Below, piece by piece: positions 37,801 to 51,118 of a stretch of 64,000 nt of DNA. The stretch is from NCBI GenBank assembly GCA_965153455.1, contig OZ234493.1, forward strand, positions 30,060,213 to 30,124,212. The letters are read 5' to 3'. The stretch's first letter is position 1. Every line of letters begins with the position of its first letter. Under the pieces are notes generated by a model. It was given only the letters and a program-made list of their open reading frames with translations. It did not search any database and was not told the origin of the DNA. This stretch comes from Sphagnum compactum. Taxonomy: Eukaryota. Made by a program: the position numbers and the translations under genes.

Positions 37801-39748
37801 CTGGTGTTACTCTGTTGCTAAACTGTACCCTCACAGGGCTAAGATGATTTTTCTCACAGGAAGAGCATCCAGAGAGTCATGGAAGCAATTGATGGATGCC
37901 TGCTTTGAAAGAATTCAAGCATACATTACAGACGGCTATGGAAAAGACAACACAAGCAGCCTCACGTATCTGTTTTTGTCCTTCTTTGGGCAGGTACATT
38001 TGTTGCACTTGCACATAAGACCTCCTCCCTAATGCAGTATTGTCACAGGGGACTAGATTACTGCAATCATGAGTAGTGGATATGGCATCGTGTACATCAT
38101 CTTGGGGTTCATCAGAAAACTCAAAATCCTAGATGTAAGGCAAAGGAGAGCTCAATTTAAGACCAGGGGTGTGAATGTAGTTTGCTTCTGTGAAAAACCT
38201 GTGGAGCAAAGGGTTGGCTGTGTCAACCTTCACAGGAGAATGGAGAGACAATGCATTGAAGAACAAATGTTATCCCATGATGGTGTGTCACTTCTCTTTC
38301 CTCTGTGAACTATGTATTTCTGTCACTCTGCAATCGGCTGGTTTCTAAAGCCTTCTTTGGAAAGCACCATTGGTCAATAATATGTAATATATAGTTTGCA
38401 GCTGGTTCTGTTGAATATAACGTCACCTGCATCTCTGAATGAATGGATTGTGCTGTGCTAAATGATTCTCTCAAATTTGGTAAATTTCTCACAGGTGGAG
38501 GATCCATTTGATCGGAGTGAGAATTGTGCAAGATCAGTGCAAGATTTCAGCCTGCCCATGATATGTGACACTTTTGTCCGGACTGCTGAGGCCTTATTGC
38601 ACCCACCTCATCGGACTAGTCTTGAAAGCTTACGGATTAACCTATTTTGCTGGCCGCCTGGTCACCAAAAACCAGGGGTTCATTTGCAACAGTTTCCTCC
38701 CTCTGGTTCCTTATTTTGGAAGTTCAGGGGGGAACAGCGGAAACCTTGGAAGTCAAAAGGGGAACAATATAATCAACAACAGAAGAACCAATCAAGGATA
38801 GAAAGTCAAAGGGGAAGGAGGGCTTCTTTTGAAGTAAAAGAGCTGCATGCTTCTTCCAGCTTGTTGCTGGACAGCACCTCTGAATTGATGTCAAAGGCAG
38901 AGGGAGGGAGGGAGTTGCCTGAAGCTGTAGATGACAATCACTGGCCTTCTCTTTCAGTTGTGGGTTATTCTGAGAGTGCTAATGCCATACTGATGCCAGA
39001 CCAAGTAGCTGGTATCTCACATGAAAGGGCAGGTATAGATGGGAAAGATGGAGAGCTTATTGTTGCTGAAGCACCTGTCAAAACAAGTGCAAAGTTCAAA
39101 CAGAAACCCCAAGGTAAGAAGAAAAGTGCAGACCAGTGGGCCAAATCTGCTGAACAATGGGTTAGTTCTCATAATTTGCAAACACTCACAATCTCTAGTG
39201 AGTCAGGTACTGCCTCAACACGTCTAGAAGAGCTGAGCACAGGGATACCAATTACATCTAAGGTCCTCAAGGTAGATGAATTGCAACAACAACAAGCAAC
39301 AGAGTTGTCAGAAAGTGGAACACTAGGTGAGGGGAGCAATCCATCCAATTCTGCAGGTGGCCTGCCATTGGAATCAAAACCTTCTGAGCTCCAAAGACCT
39401 TTCCAACAGAGGTCAGCACGACAACGGAGGTCAGAATCAAGCCAAAAGGGAAGAGCTGAATCTGGCCAGCCAAAGAAATTGAACAATCAGGTAGCAACTG
39501 CAGGTTACGGTGTGCAAGTATCCAGTGAACTGGGAGGGGAAGTGAACAGGGAAGGATATGAACATGCTGCCAAACCTAAACCAAGATGGAGACCTAGAAG
39601 AAACAAGCGAATGGACTCTGACGGTTTGGAGAGAAACATTCCTAGACCTCAAGATGGAGAAAGAAATCATAGAGCAGGTGACCCTGCAGGCAGGCAAAGT
39701 AACACAACTTGTGGTCACAATCAAATAACACAGTCAGGTTATAGCTAA
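34892..39748 (+). CDS. HESO1: HESO1-like terminal nucleotidyl(uridylyl)transferase with long N- and C-terminal low-complexity extensions
   Basis: Phase-consistent exons: 34892-34925, 35489-36109, 36275-36508, 36631-36798, 36969-37147, 37326-37421, 37665-37737, 37860-37993, 38181-38282, 38495-39748. Motifs PFGSFESNFYTPWGDLDLS, HARVPLL, CDVSVDN, KCWAKAHSINDPKMGTLNS and VEDPFDRSENCAR. The first two exons are less certain. Confidence 0.88.
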
Positions 39749-42700
39749 TTCTAGCTTATGAGTTTTTCTTCTACTTTGAGACTGCTATTGTGATTGCAAA
39801 TTACTTCTCCTGGATTCATTTGACTAATATCTATGCACTTCTGCTAGTCACAAAGACACAAAACAATGTACATTGAGCAGACTGCTGATTTGCTTGTAAC
39901 ATAAGTTTTTGTCGACTGTCCAATGGGATGTATACAGGGAGTGGAGTGTTAAATTGGACATTTGGAAACACTCTGAAAATGTTTTCTGTATCTATTAGAC
40001 TAGAGCAAAGTTCAAATGACACTGTTGGTTCATTGGCCAGAGTGAACCAACATTTGCCAGTGCAGCATGAGGAATGGATGGTGACTAAATCTTACCTATG
40101 TAGTAACCATCTACATACATCTATGTACATGGTAGCCACCTATTATCCTTCCTACTGATCTACAGACAGGACTAATGTTTTACAGGAGAGGTTATCAAAG
40201 TGAAACTTGACATCACCTCAGTTGCTCTTCATCCACAGGTCAGTCACAACAGGCGTTTGTGCACTGGTGGCTGTTTGTGCTCTGACTCAAGGTGATTTTG
40301 GGTGGGCTAGCTTAGATCCTACAAAGTTCTGGTTTGCTATTTGGGTTGGCAGTATAGTCCAGACCTGTCTGTTTTAAATTAGTATAGTCTTGGGTGACTA
40401 GGGAAGAGAGCTGATTGCTTCTTAGTCCTGATGTGGTTTTAGTTAGTGTAGTTTTGGGTAGCAGTGGAAGACAACACACAAACCACCTGTTGTCTCAATC
40501 CAATCTGGCACAACTCTGGGTGAGTTCTGAATTACAATTTGTGAACGGTTCTAATGTCCATTTTTTGTTTTGGGCTAAGCTTTAGGTTTAGGTGCAAAAA
40601 TATCTGGGAAGGGCAGTTCTGAAACCCTTTTCTCTCAAAACTCCAAAGTGGGGTTTACAAGTGCTCAACAGTGGCTGTTACAACTGTGCAAGGCAGGAGC
40701 ACCTACTGGATGGCAGTCAAATAGGACATGTTTTGAGCATGTCAACCCCACGTCCTACTTCACGGGACTACATCCAATTCTGGGATTTTTCTTTGACCTA
40801 ACTTCTACATTTTTGACAGGTCTCCTGCCACCAAGTCATATTTTTGAGCTTTTGGCTTCTGGACTTTGCCAAACAGTCCCACTTTCTACAGGTTTATGAC
40901 TTCTGTGTCAAGTTCATGTTCCACATCTTCTCTTCTTTAGAACCTTCTTTCTTGTGTGCATATAGTACATATGTACTTCTCCAAGGCAAAAAGATCACAT
41001 TTTTTGGACTGCCTGTTTTCTCTGTTTTTTCATATTGGGTATCGTTTGAAATTCTTATTTTATTCTGAGATGGCAATTTGGCAGGCACCCAGCATGAGGC
41101 CATTGACTTGGCTGAGCTTTGATTCCAAGGAAGACCTCAGAAGCACGGCAAGTGACAATGCCACCAGGTTAGGAATTCTGTGAGTTCTAAGACAATTTTG
41201 GCTTGAAAAGGTGTAGAAAATGTTTATTTTCACTGGGAGGCCTGTTTCTCACATATTTTTGAAGAAATTTGGCCCTTGGGCTTACACTAAAATAACTAGA
41301 GTCACTCATACATATCAAACATAGAAATCAACTGGAATATACTCTGGGAATGTGCCCAGTTTGTTCCACCCAGAAACATGTGAGCTAGGTAGGGTGAGAC
41401 ACAGTTCTCTCATTCCATCTGGTGCTAATTGGGTCTACAAGGCCCTGTTCGCAGAGCATAACTGGTGTTCCCCACTGTTGATTCACAATGATTCTTTTCA
41501 ACAAGTTCTATCAATTTTTCAACAAAAATATTGGGTTTTTGTTTTCCCTGGTGTAAATTCAACTACTTTTTCTTTTTTTAAGGCATTGCCAATTTTTGAT
41601 ATCACAAAATTGAGGGTGAAAACCTCGATCACTCCTGTGTTGCCCATCTTTGATTCACATCACTAATGCACCCCATGGCTGTCTATCAGTGTCACAAGTG
41701 GAACTGGCATGACCAAAAGTGGAACAAGCAGATGGGTCACTTGTCTCACATCTATGAAAAAGGTCCGAAACTCTTGAATAAGACACCAAAACTGGTTTAC
41801 TTAAAAGATAATATAAACTACAATGTTTACACTTTCATGGCAAGTCAAATTTTTGTGACCTAAATGCCAGGATTGCCAGAATTTTTCAACTTCTTTTTCC
41901 AGAGGTCAAGACTCTGCCAAAAACATAAGCACTTCTCCCCTTTTGGTATAGGGCTTGTTGTTATTGCTGTTACCTCACTGAGAATACTCTATGGGGGCAA
42001 TGAACATCATGTAAAACAGGGGACTCTTGTAATAAGTAATATGCTCGACAAGTCTCAATATACAGAATTTGATGATTCCTAGCCTTACTCAATGACGCAA
42101 GGAATAACTTATCAGCTTGTATAGCTTCCATGCAATTGATGAGTGGTTGTTGTAGGTTCCAGGGTCTCTGTAGAAATTTTCTGTCTATCAGCTGTGACCT
42201 AGTCAGTCAGAGGGGTGAAAAAGTGTAGGATATAGCGTGAGGTCAAAGGCTTATATTCCAGTAAAGCCCATCCCCACATGCTTTTACCAAGTAGTATAAA
42301 TACTTGCTCCAATTATATTGAAATACCTGCTCCAATTATTTTCTCTTTCTTTCCCCATTTTCTCAGTAGGTATCCTGGAAGAAAACAGATAGATAAAAAT
42401 GGGGGACGTTTCAAAGAAAATGGAACACCCACTGGACTGGGCATTCGATTTTCTCAAAACACTATAACAAACAGTGGAGGAAAGAGTAGGGTAGAACTGC
42501 CCATCACTGATTACTACCCTATCACCACCAATCACTTCTTTAGATCTTCATCATCTGTGCTTCATTTTGTGTGGTTTAAAATGTTATGGGAGCGCGACCT
42601 CAAGCTCTAAAAATCATTTTCGAAGTGCAAATGAAAAAAAGTAATGAATGAATAGCATGAAAAAAAAAAACCTTTCCAACTCACAAAACACTATGTCAGA

Positions 42701-44617
42701 TACGGTGCCCTTTGATCACACTTCAAATATCAGAGCAGGTCTGTATGTTTCGGTTGTAAATCAGAGCAGGTCTTTGGGGTTTTGGTTGTCACATACCGTA
42801 TTGGAGGTAATTTGGAGCTTTGAGCTTCCAAAGGTTCACTTCCATTTCACTAGAATTTGAATGACTCTTTAGGCAAAGGACTTAATTGGCATCTAACTAT
42901 GAGCTAAAGCTGTCTGTCAGTTCTGCCCCCTAGACCAGATAGGTTGTATTTGAAACTATAGAATAACTTGAAACTATTGGGTCAGCTTCAAGAGTTCAAG
43001 TTTGGCACAAATACTTTTGAGCTAACCTTTTTCTAGTCCAAGTGTGAGAATGCCCAATCCATGATTACAATAAAATGCAAGCAAATGGATGATACTCATT
43101 GAAAATGCAGAGTCGTCCAAGTTACTACTACTACACATAAATCCAGAGAAATGATTTAAAGTAAAAACTCTTCAATGCAACAAGATTTAAAATTATGAGA
43201 ATGATGAAATGTTTTTTTTTTGGTTGGAAGGCATAACTGCATGACTCCTTTTTCTAAACAAGTGTAAGAAGCATATACATATGAGGATTGGTGTATGCCA
43301 CTCCCATTTGTTTCAGTGCCATTCAAACCAGTCAAGCCAGTGCACCCTCATCAGGAGATCCACATGCCCAATAATTGATGCATTCGTTGGTGGGTTAGGG
43401 CACATGACTTGGAACTTTTTCCCGAATCCATATTCCTTCAACCGAAGCATTCCTTGGTGGGGTGGGATATGGAAATTTGCACTTGAGAGAGGCAGCAACA
43501 TTGAAAGTTGCTGTGTGTCCAAGGCAAGTCATTTGTGATTTGTTGGCTCTGCCCGCCCCAGATCAAAAAGATGTCAGTTGGGTTTAGGACTTCAAAAGAA
43601 CATTTTTGGCTTAAACTGGGAACCAATTTGTGGGTGATAGCTGGAGGAGACCCGGCTCTATTCTTTAAGCTTTCAAACCAAAGTTTGGGGTTGTAACAAT
43701 TGTTTGGGTAAAGCACTTAGAGAAAATTCTTAGAGTGTACCTTATATTATTCATGAATATCCTTCGTAAAAAATTAAATAAATAAATAAATACTTTGCCT
43801 ACACCTGAAGAGTGAGAGTGAATCTCACAACTATAAGTAAGCATAATTTCCTTTGCACTCTAAGGAGTAGGTGGAAGAACGCTCCCCCCTCCTACGTCTT
43901 GTGATCTACATATGTTTAGGTCCAAAATAACTTTAGTCATATCCTTTATGATAGATAACGCATTGGGTTAGGGATATTCTAAAAAGGTGGGGGTGAGACT
44001 TGACCCTCAGCTCTGTCATAGGTCATTCTTGTGAGAATGCCCCCCACCTTGGGATTTACCTCACACATATTGGTGTGATGGTTTGCAAAGTAGTATATAA
44101 TATTTAAATTTTTTTATGAATGATCCTTCAAAGATGGCACCACATGGGCCATGACTCCTTTTGGCTATCTAAGTCTTTAATTCTAGTGCCACAATTCATG
44201 TTATTCATGTTTTACAATCCTATTGTTTTGCTTTGAAACTTTTTTGGGGAACACATAACAAAAATTACCGTCAATTTTTTTCACCTTTGGTGCCATACTC
44301 ATATTAAGTGATTTTAACATGAATGTGTTTGTAAATGTTGAACACCAATCAAGTGCTTTAGAGAAATGAAACCTGAATTTCACCCAAAGTACACTAGTAT
44401 TTGGCACACAAAAACCATGCACCTGCACATTTACATAATAGCTTTGTAATTTATAAACATGCTTCTTCAAGTGCAAATATGGTCAAAAAATATTTTGAAT
44501 TTTGATGTGGGAAGTGTAATTGTACTTAGCTGCATTCAAGACCCTTGGGATGTTTAAGTGTTTCCTTGTTTCCCTTATACTCGCAAGGGAGATCTTGGTC
44601 TATAGGTGAGGCATGTA

Positions 44618-45025
44618 GTGCATTATGCGCAGGCCACAGTGAACCCACACCCACCAGCGCACCATCCACTGGATGCCTGTTATAACTCAGTTGTGGATGA
44701 ACCTCAACTGAGTTAATATTTGGTTTCACCTTGGTAACCAATATTGTGGGAAATAGGTCTCTCATATAGGTAAATAGGTAGGAAAATAGGCAACTAGTAG
44801 GTACATAGATGGTTTACACATAGTTAAGGGCTGTATTTACTTCTTACCTACTAACAACCCACTTGTGGTTGATTAGTAGGTAGGTTTTTTTAAAAACAAC
44901 TGAGCTAACCACCATGGTTAGCTAGGGAACTGAAACTCAACAGAAAATTGTTTCCTGATCACTTATCATTCATCCTTCATGGTGCACTGGTGGGTGCTGG
45001 TTCACCGTGGCCGTGAATTATGCAC
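44618..45025. mobile_element. MITE with ~45-bp imperfect TIRs
   Basis: Left end TGCATTATGCGCAGGCCACAGTGAACC...CACCCACCAGCGCACCAT, inverted at the right end as ATGGTGCACTGGTGGGTGCTGGTTCACCGTGGCCGTGAATTATGCA. Relatives at ~25740-25900, ~40050-40270 and ~51130-51830. Confidence 0.7.
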
Positions 45026-46764
45026 ATGTGGATCGTTTTTATTGTAATGAAAAGACTTGACCATTTTTGTTAATGTTAATAGAGTGGCAACGCTTTCATG
45101 TGGATGAGCTTGTTGTGAACACCTTGGTTGCAATGTCCTCTTTTTCTAAGATCCTTGTCTTTGTTATGCCTATGCGTCACATCCCCTCCTTTTTGGATGT
45201 TGTAATTTCCAATCTTGGCCAATTACCCAGGTGGACCTAGTTATTTGAGACCAGTTCCACTTTGGTTTTGGAACCATAAGTGGAATCGAGTGTAACCAAA
45301 AGTGGATCAAGGGGCTGTTGGTTATGGAATCAGATTGGAACCACCCCCAGTTATGGCATTGCAGGTAATTGGAACTGGACATAAGGTCCAATTCCAAGCT
45401 CATTTGAGAATCAAAATCAAATCAAGATTTTATCATGATTTTAAAAACAAATTGGTTATGGTTTTAAGGTTTAGTCCTCCCCTTCTCACCTGTATAGGTG
45501 GGCCAAAGGGTGAGCCAATCCATCTTTCAATAGAATCTTCTATTTTGGGGAGCCTCCAATAGTTTCAACTTTTTTTTGCAATGGGCCAATCAAATTGACT
45601 CATTGCCAAAAAAAGGAAAGAAAAAAAGTTGGACTTGTGGGGCACCCCCAACTAATTAACACGAAACAGAAATAAGTACCTTGGGGAGGTGAATAGGAGA
45701 GGGTGAATAAGTATTAGAGTCCCATTTTCAGTTGCCTACCTGAAAAAAAAGAGGGGGGTATAGGTATTTGTGCATCCTCTCCCTGCACACCAAGTAAACT
45801 GCCAGATTCCAAGCCTCAGATTCTGCATTGCAATCTGCTTGTCAAGCCCAATACCATGTTCCTGAACGACCCATTTGGGGCAAACCCCATATGGTCATTA
45901 GCTATATATCCTTTTAGGGTTTCCAATTGGCACAAGAAAGTCAAAACTAGAATAGATCACTTAAATCAGCTTATACATAACCCTAATCATCTAACCTTTC
46001 CCTTTGGCTGTCAGTGGGCATTTGTTGGCCTTGCCTTAGAGGGCAAGAAGGATATTGTGTTTAGATTCATTATAGAGTATAGTAGCTTAAGGGATTTTGG
46101 CCCCTATTTAATACATCTATTTTCATATGAGGATTTTTGAAAGATGATATTTTGGCTTGTGTTTGAAACTTGAGATTAGTTATTATAGAGTTATAATAAT
46201 ATCTTGAAGGATTTTGGTTTCTTTTACAGGATTTTTTTTTTAAAGAATGTATTGTTGCATGGTGAAATATTTAAATTTCCATTAATTCTTCTTTTTCCTT
46301 AAGATACTTTTTTAATGCAAATGGCAAGGCCACATCGTGACACACCCCTTGTTCACTTGGTCAAAGGGTAAAAGCCTACTTGCACTTGTATACCTATATG
46401 TGCATGTGTCTTCAAGTACTCATTGCCCATGTATGAGGAATGGTAACACTCCCATGGTTTGCTATATATGGGCGGTCATGAGTCTCGAGGCTACTAGAGA
46501 ATGTGTCCAAGGGGGTGGTGGGTTTTGCCTTGACTCGTCCCTATGGCTTGGCCTTACCCTAGTAGTGATTTGCGAGGAGGCCTCCTTTTGGCATGTTTCC
46601 TAGCACAAAGGTCTACATAAGCAAGTTGTAAATTAGCATTAGTTGGTTGTTATGTAGTGTAGATACATAGCAATGATAGCCAATTCTGCCATTTGACACA
46701 ACTTGAAAAATTTGTGGAATCAACAGGTATGGACTATGGATTTCCAACTCAATAGTGTATGAAC

Positions 46765-49700
46765 CAGTGTTGGCCAGATATGGCATTTTATTCCAGTCTA
46801 GAGGATATGCATAAGACATATTCTTTTTGAGAAATGAATAGAAAATATGCATCTGGATATTTCAAAAACTCTCTTATAAAATTGTAGATATGGTTATGCA
46901 CCCATTGAAATTGTTGATTCATTGCTAGTTATGCATTTGTCAATTTTTCAAATTTTGATAAATTGTAGATATGTATATCTGTTATATATAGTAAAGTTCA
47001 TATTATAATGTCATAGTTGGAAATCCTAATCCCTAATTTCGTACTTGGTAATCATTAACCTTAATTTCACTCTTGGAAATCAAGTAGCTTGTGGGAGAAT
47101 TGAACCCCAATTTTGTAAAGAACTTTGCCCACTACAACACAAGTTGCCTCCAAAAACACCCAATTCCACTCAGCCACCTAAGAAGTTGCTACACTTTGAT
47201 CAGCAACAAAATAGAATGCCCAAAAGCCCAAAGGACATAAGAAAGTTGCTGCAACTTGATCATCAACAACAAAAAGGCTCGAAACCTAACAAAATCAATA
47301 TGGAAGTTGATGTTGATGTTGTGATTTGATCAACAACAAACAAAGGGCCTAGAACCCAACAACATTAATATGGAAGTTGATGTTGATGTTGCAATTTGAT
47401 CAACAACAAAAACAAAAGGCCTAGAACCTAACAGCATCAACTATAACTTGATCAACAACAAAAATAGAAGGCTTAGAACTTAGAATCCTACAACATCAAC
47501 TACGATTTCATCAACAACAAAAATAGAAGGCCCAAAATTTTGCAACATCAACATGGACAAGAAACAACAAATAAAATAAATTCAAAGGAGCAACTAAAGG
47601 GGGAAAAAAACTTATTTAATCACTATCAACCAACAACTCTTCAAAATATTCAGATTTTTCAATAAACTCGTAACTTTCTTCAACTAAAACAACTTCAAAT
47701 TTGATATAATGTTTACATTTGTCATCCAATTCATGTGCAAATCATTTGGCCAATTTTTTACCACAATGATAATCCTATCAAGATTGGTCCACTTGTAAGC
47801 GGTAGCACCTCAAAGCTATCAAAACACCAGCAAGGTTAAACACCATTTTTGTCTCAATCTGAGAATTAAAAATCCCAAGGAAATGTTTGGCCAAGAAAAC
47901 AACATTTGGAAACTAACCCTCATGGATTTGCCACCAATGAATCCACACACATAGATGGTGGAATAGATAGCCTTTGAAATAAAGAAAGTTCTGCAATAAT
48001 AAATGCCCGTGAAGATTCCTCCATGGAAGCTCTAACACCGAACATGTTATTGTCCTCTTCTTCAATTTGAAAAGCAGGTTCATCACATGGTGCTACAACT
48101 ACCTCAACAATAGGATTCAATTGATAAAAAATAGTCATCAGAAGAAGGATGACTTCTTTCACATCATACTTAGTAGCAAGGTGGATTGCATTTTTGCGCC
48201 CCACAAAACTTTCCACAACCCGTAGAGATTTGAAATAAGGATCAAACATCACGGCCAACATAATGTGAACTTGATGGGAATCAAATGCCTTCAAAAATTC
48301 TAGAAAAGGTTTAAGTATTTTCACAACCTTCTTCTGCATGTTTTTTTCAATGTATGGAGTTCAACATCAAAATGGTCAAATGTTTCATTCCCATCAAGGG
48401 GATTTGATTTAGATTCCATAGCCATAATCAAATTGATTATAGTAGCTAAGGCATCATAATAACTAGTGGCCTTTAGATTGGTTCATCACACATGCTATCA
48501 ATTCAGGATTAAACAATTAGTGACAACTTCCGCAATGGCCTAGACCTGGGCCTTAAAAACTCTTTGTTGCAATGTTAGTGACTTCTGCTTCCCATAACAA
48601 GATGGCTTGTTTAAATTCCAAAGTTTCTTCAAACATTATAACTTTATTTGCAAACTTGGTTTTCACTAGAGTTTTCAACTTTTGGTGCCACATCCCACTC
48701 TCAATGTAGGCCTTTTCTCATTCCTATCTCCATTTCCATGACTTCCTTGTCCAAGTAATTATTTTTTGCAAACATGTTTGAGCATCTTTAACATTCACCA
48801 AAGTTAAACCCACTAAAACCTTATCATCATTTGTCGCATATTGACACGTTTTAGACATCAGATGTCCAAAGCAAGTACCTTCATAAACCTGCAAAAGCTT
48901 GAGCGGTTCACAATTAATGATTGATCATAATGTTGTAGCCATGGTTCCCAAGTTGTTGCCTTCATGTTTCACAAAAGCAATCACCCAGTGAATTAGTCCA
49001 AATTTTTCCAACAAAGATTGGAACTGCAAAGTCATGGCATTGCCACTAGTTATTTCATGCACTTCAAACAAATTATCAGTAGCATGCCTAGGTGTCCAAG
49101 CCTCATCTAAATAATTAATGACCAAAACAAATGTATTTATGCCACTTCTTGACATCTAGATATCAAAGCTAATAGACACAATAGTTGTTGATTCTAGATG
49201 TGGTAGAATATGTAATTCCATGGCCTTTGTGACCATCGTAGGAAGCACTCATTTCACAAGAGAAGAACGAAAAGGAAATACAACACAGGGACATTGGCAC
49301 AATATTAACCTTTTTAACTAAATGTTTTCAAAAGTTGAAAGAGGCATATAGCCTTTGCAGATGTACAACACAAGGTCTTCAATAGGATTTTGTTGTGCTT
49401 CATTAACATTCTTCTACGGGTTTGTTGACCCCAAAAAAGAAGTGATTGTAGAACTAGTCTCCCCAACCCTTTTTTTCCCATGCTATTGATTGTGATATGT
49501 TTCAAAAAGCTTAGCCACTACCCTTTCACTTAGTACAGATTTTCTTTTAGCAAGCAAATGAGGATGAACCTTCTCAACATGTGTTTTCATAGGAGTAATG
49601 CCATTAGTTTTCCCATGCTTGATGAGGCCATTTTATAACAGAATTAGATTGGTTTAGAACGTTGCCAAACGTTTGTTGGGATCGACATATGATGCATATC

Positions 49701-51118
49701 AACAACTATGGATTCAACATATCAACAAGCAAGTTATCATTTACATAAAAAACCTCTAGCAAATAAAAGTTCTACTATGTGGTTTCCACAACAAAGATTG
49801 TTGTTCCATAGCTTGAATATACACCTCATCAAAGGTAATTGGTAAGTCATTATCACATTGCTGTTGATGCACACTTTCCAAATTTGAAAAGTTGTGAGAT
49901 CGAGAAGGGATTGTGCTCACGTCAAAAATAACTTCCATCGACACTTTCAATGACACAAATTTTGTCTTTAACCATTGGAAAGTTCCAAATATCAAGAAGA
50001 TATTAAAATTAATTTTTTAAGCTTTAACTGAATATAGTTTCAGCCATGGTGTTTCAATTGAATTCAATGTTCAATCATAATGAATAGGGAGCTTCAAATA
50101 GTAAGAAAACACACCTGAGCACCAAACCCTAAACTCCACACTTCATGACCATGACATATTCAAATGAAAAATAATAACAAAAACAAAAACATTTTCAAAA
50201 TGTAATTGAAAGTCAAAAGTTCAAAGGTGATGAGCTGATACATGATGCAATTGACAGTTGAAGCACGAAGCAAAACTTACCAAAGGGGTTGAAAATACTT
50301 ACATTTCATGATATAGAACTTGTAGAACTTGACAAACCAACAATGGCTTTTGGATCGATGGCCAACACAAGAGCTTGTAAAAGTTTTCACGCAACAACAC
50401 CAACTCAAAGGAGTCAATGCAAGATTCTCCAACAACATTGATGCTAAAAGCCACAAGTGAGCAAGTGAGTTGATGCAGGAACTTGCAAGAACTTGCAAGA
50501 ACTCTTGAACAACACAAATGACTCAAAAGTTGAAAGCCAAAAGTAGAATATAGAATCCACTTGAACGAATTGATGTAGGAACTTGCAAAAACTTGCGGGA
50601 ACTTGTAAAAACTCTCAAGTGAAAAGGTCAACAACAATGGTGCAAAGTTCCTCCCACTCTTTGCAATGAGTGCTATGCCATATTCGCCGTTTCCTAAACC
50701 CTAAACCCTAGATATGCACAATGAAATACAAAATCTACCTGAATAAGTTGATGCACGAACTTGTGAGAACTTGCAAAAACTCTCGAGTGAAAAGCTCGAC
50801 AATGATGGTGCCAAGTTTCCCCCCCATTCTTTGTAATGACCAAGATGTCATATTTGCCATCCCCTAAACCCTAAACCCCGGATATGCATAGTGAAAATTC
50901 ATATCCGGAATCCCCAAATCCTTTGTTTCCAGATATGTATATCTCGAAACTAATTTTTCCAGATACGGATGCACATATACATATCTTTGAGGGGCTCCTC
51001 TGCCAGATATGCATAGAGACATTTGTTAGAAAAAAACAACTACTGGATATGACTCCATGCATATCCGGCCATTATGCATGTGCATATCTGGACTTTTCCA
51101 TATATCCGGCCAACACTG
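46765..51118 (-). mobile_element. Complete-ended hAT DNA transposon with a decayed transposase
   Basis: TIRs CAGTGTTGGCCAGATAT and ATATCCGGCCAACACTG (16/17). Perfect 8-bp TSD GTATGAAC at 46757-46764 and 51119-51126. Minus-strand transposase fragments: MSRSGINTFVLVINYL, IAFVKHEGNNL, FDSHQVHIMLAVMFDPYFKSL. Confidence 0.92.
47190..47570. repeat. Subterminal tandem repeats inside the hAT element
   Basis: Recurrent GATCAACAACAAAA...GGCCTAGAACC...CATCAA with variable unit length. Confidence 0.75.

Noticed and set aside
43860-44090. Possible tRNA-derived SINE (reverse B-box-like GGTCAAGTCTCACC)
   Set aside because: Only a weak box match, with no A box, tail or TSD identified.
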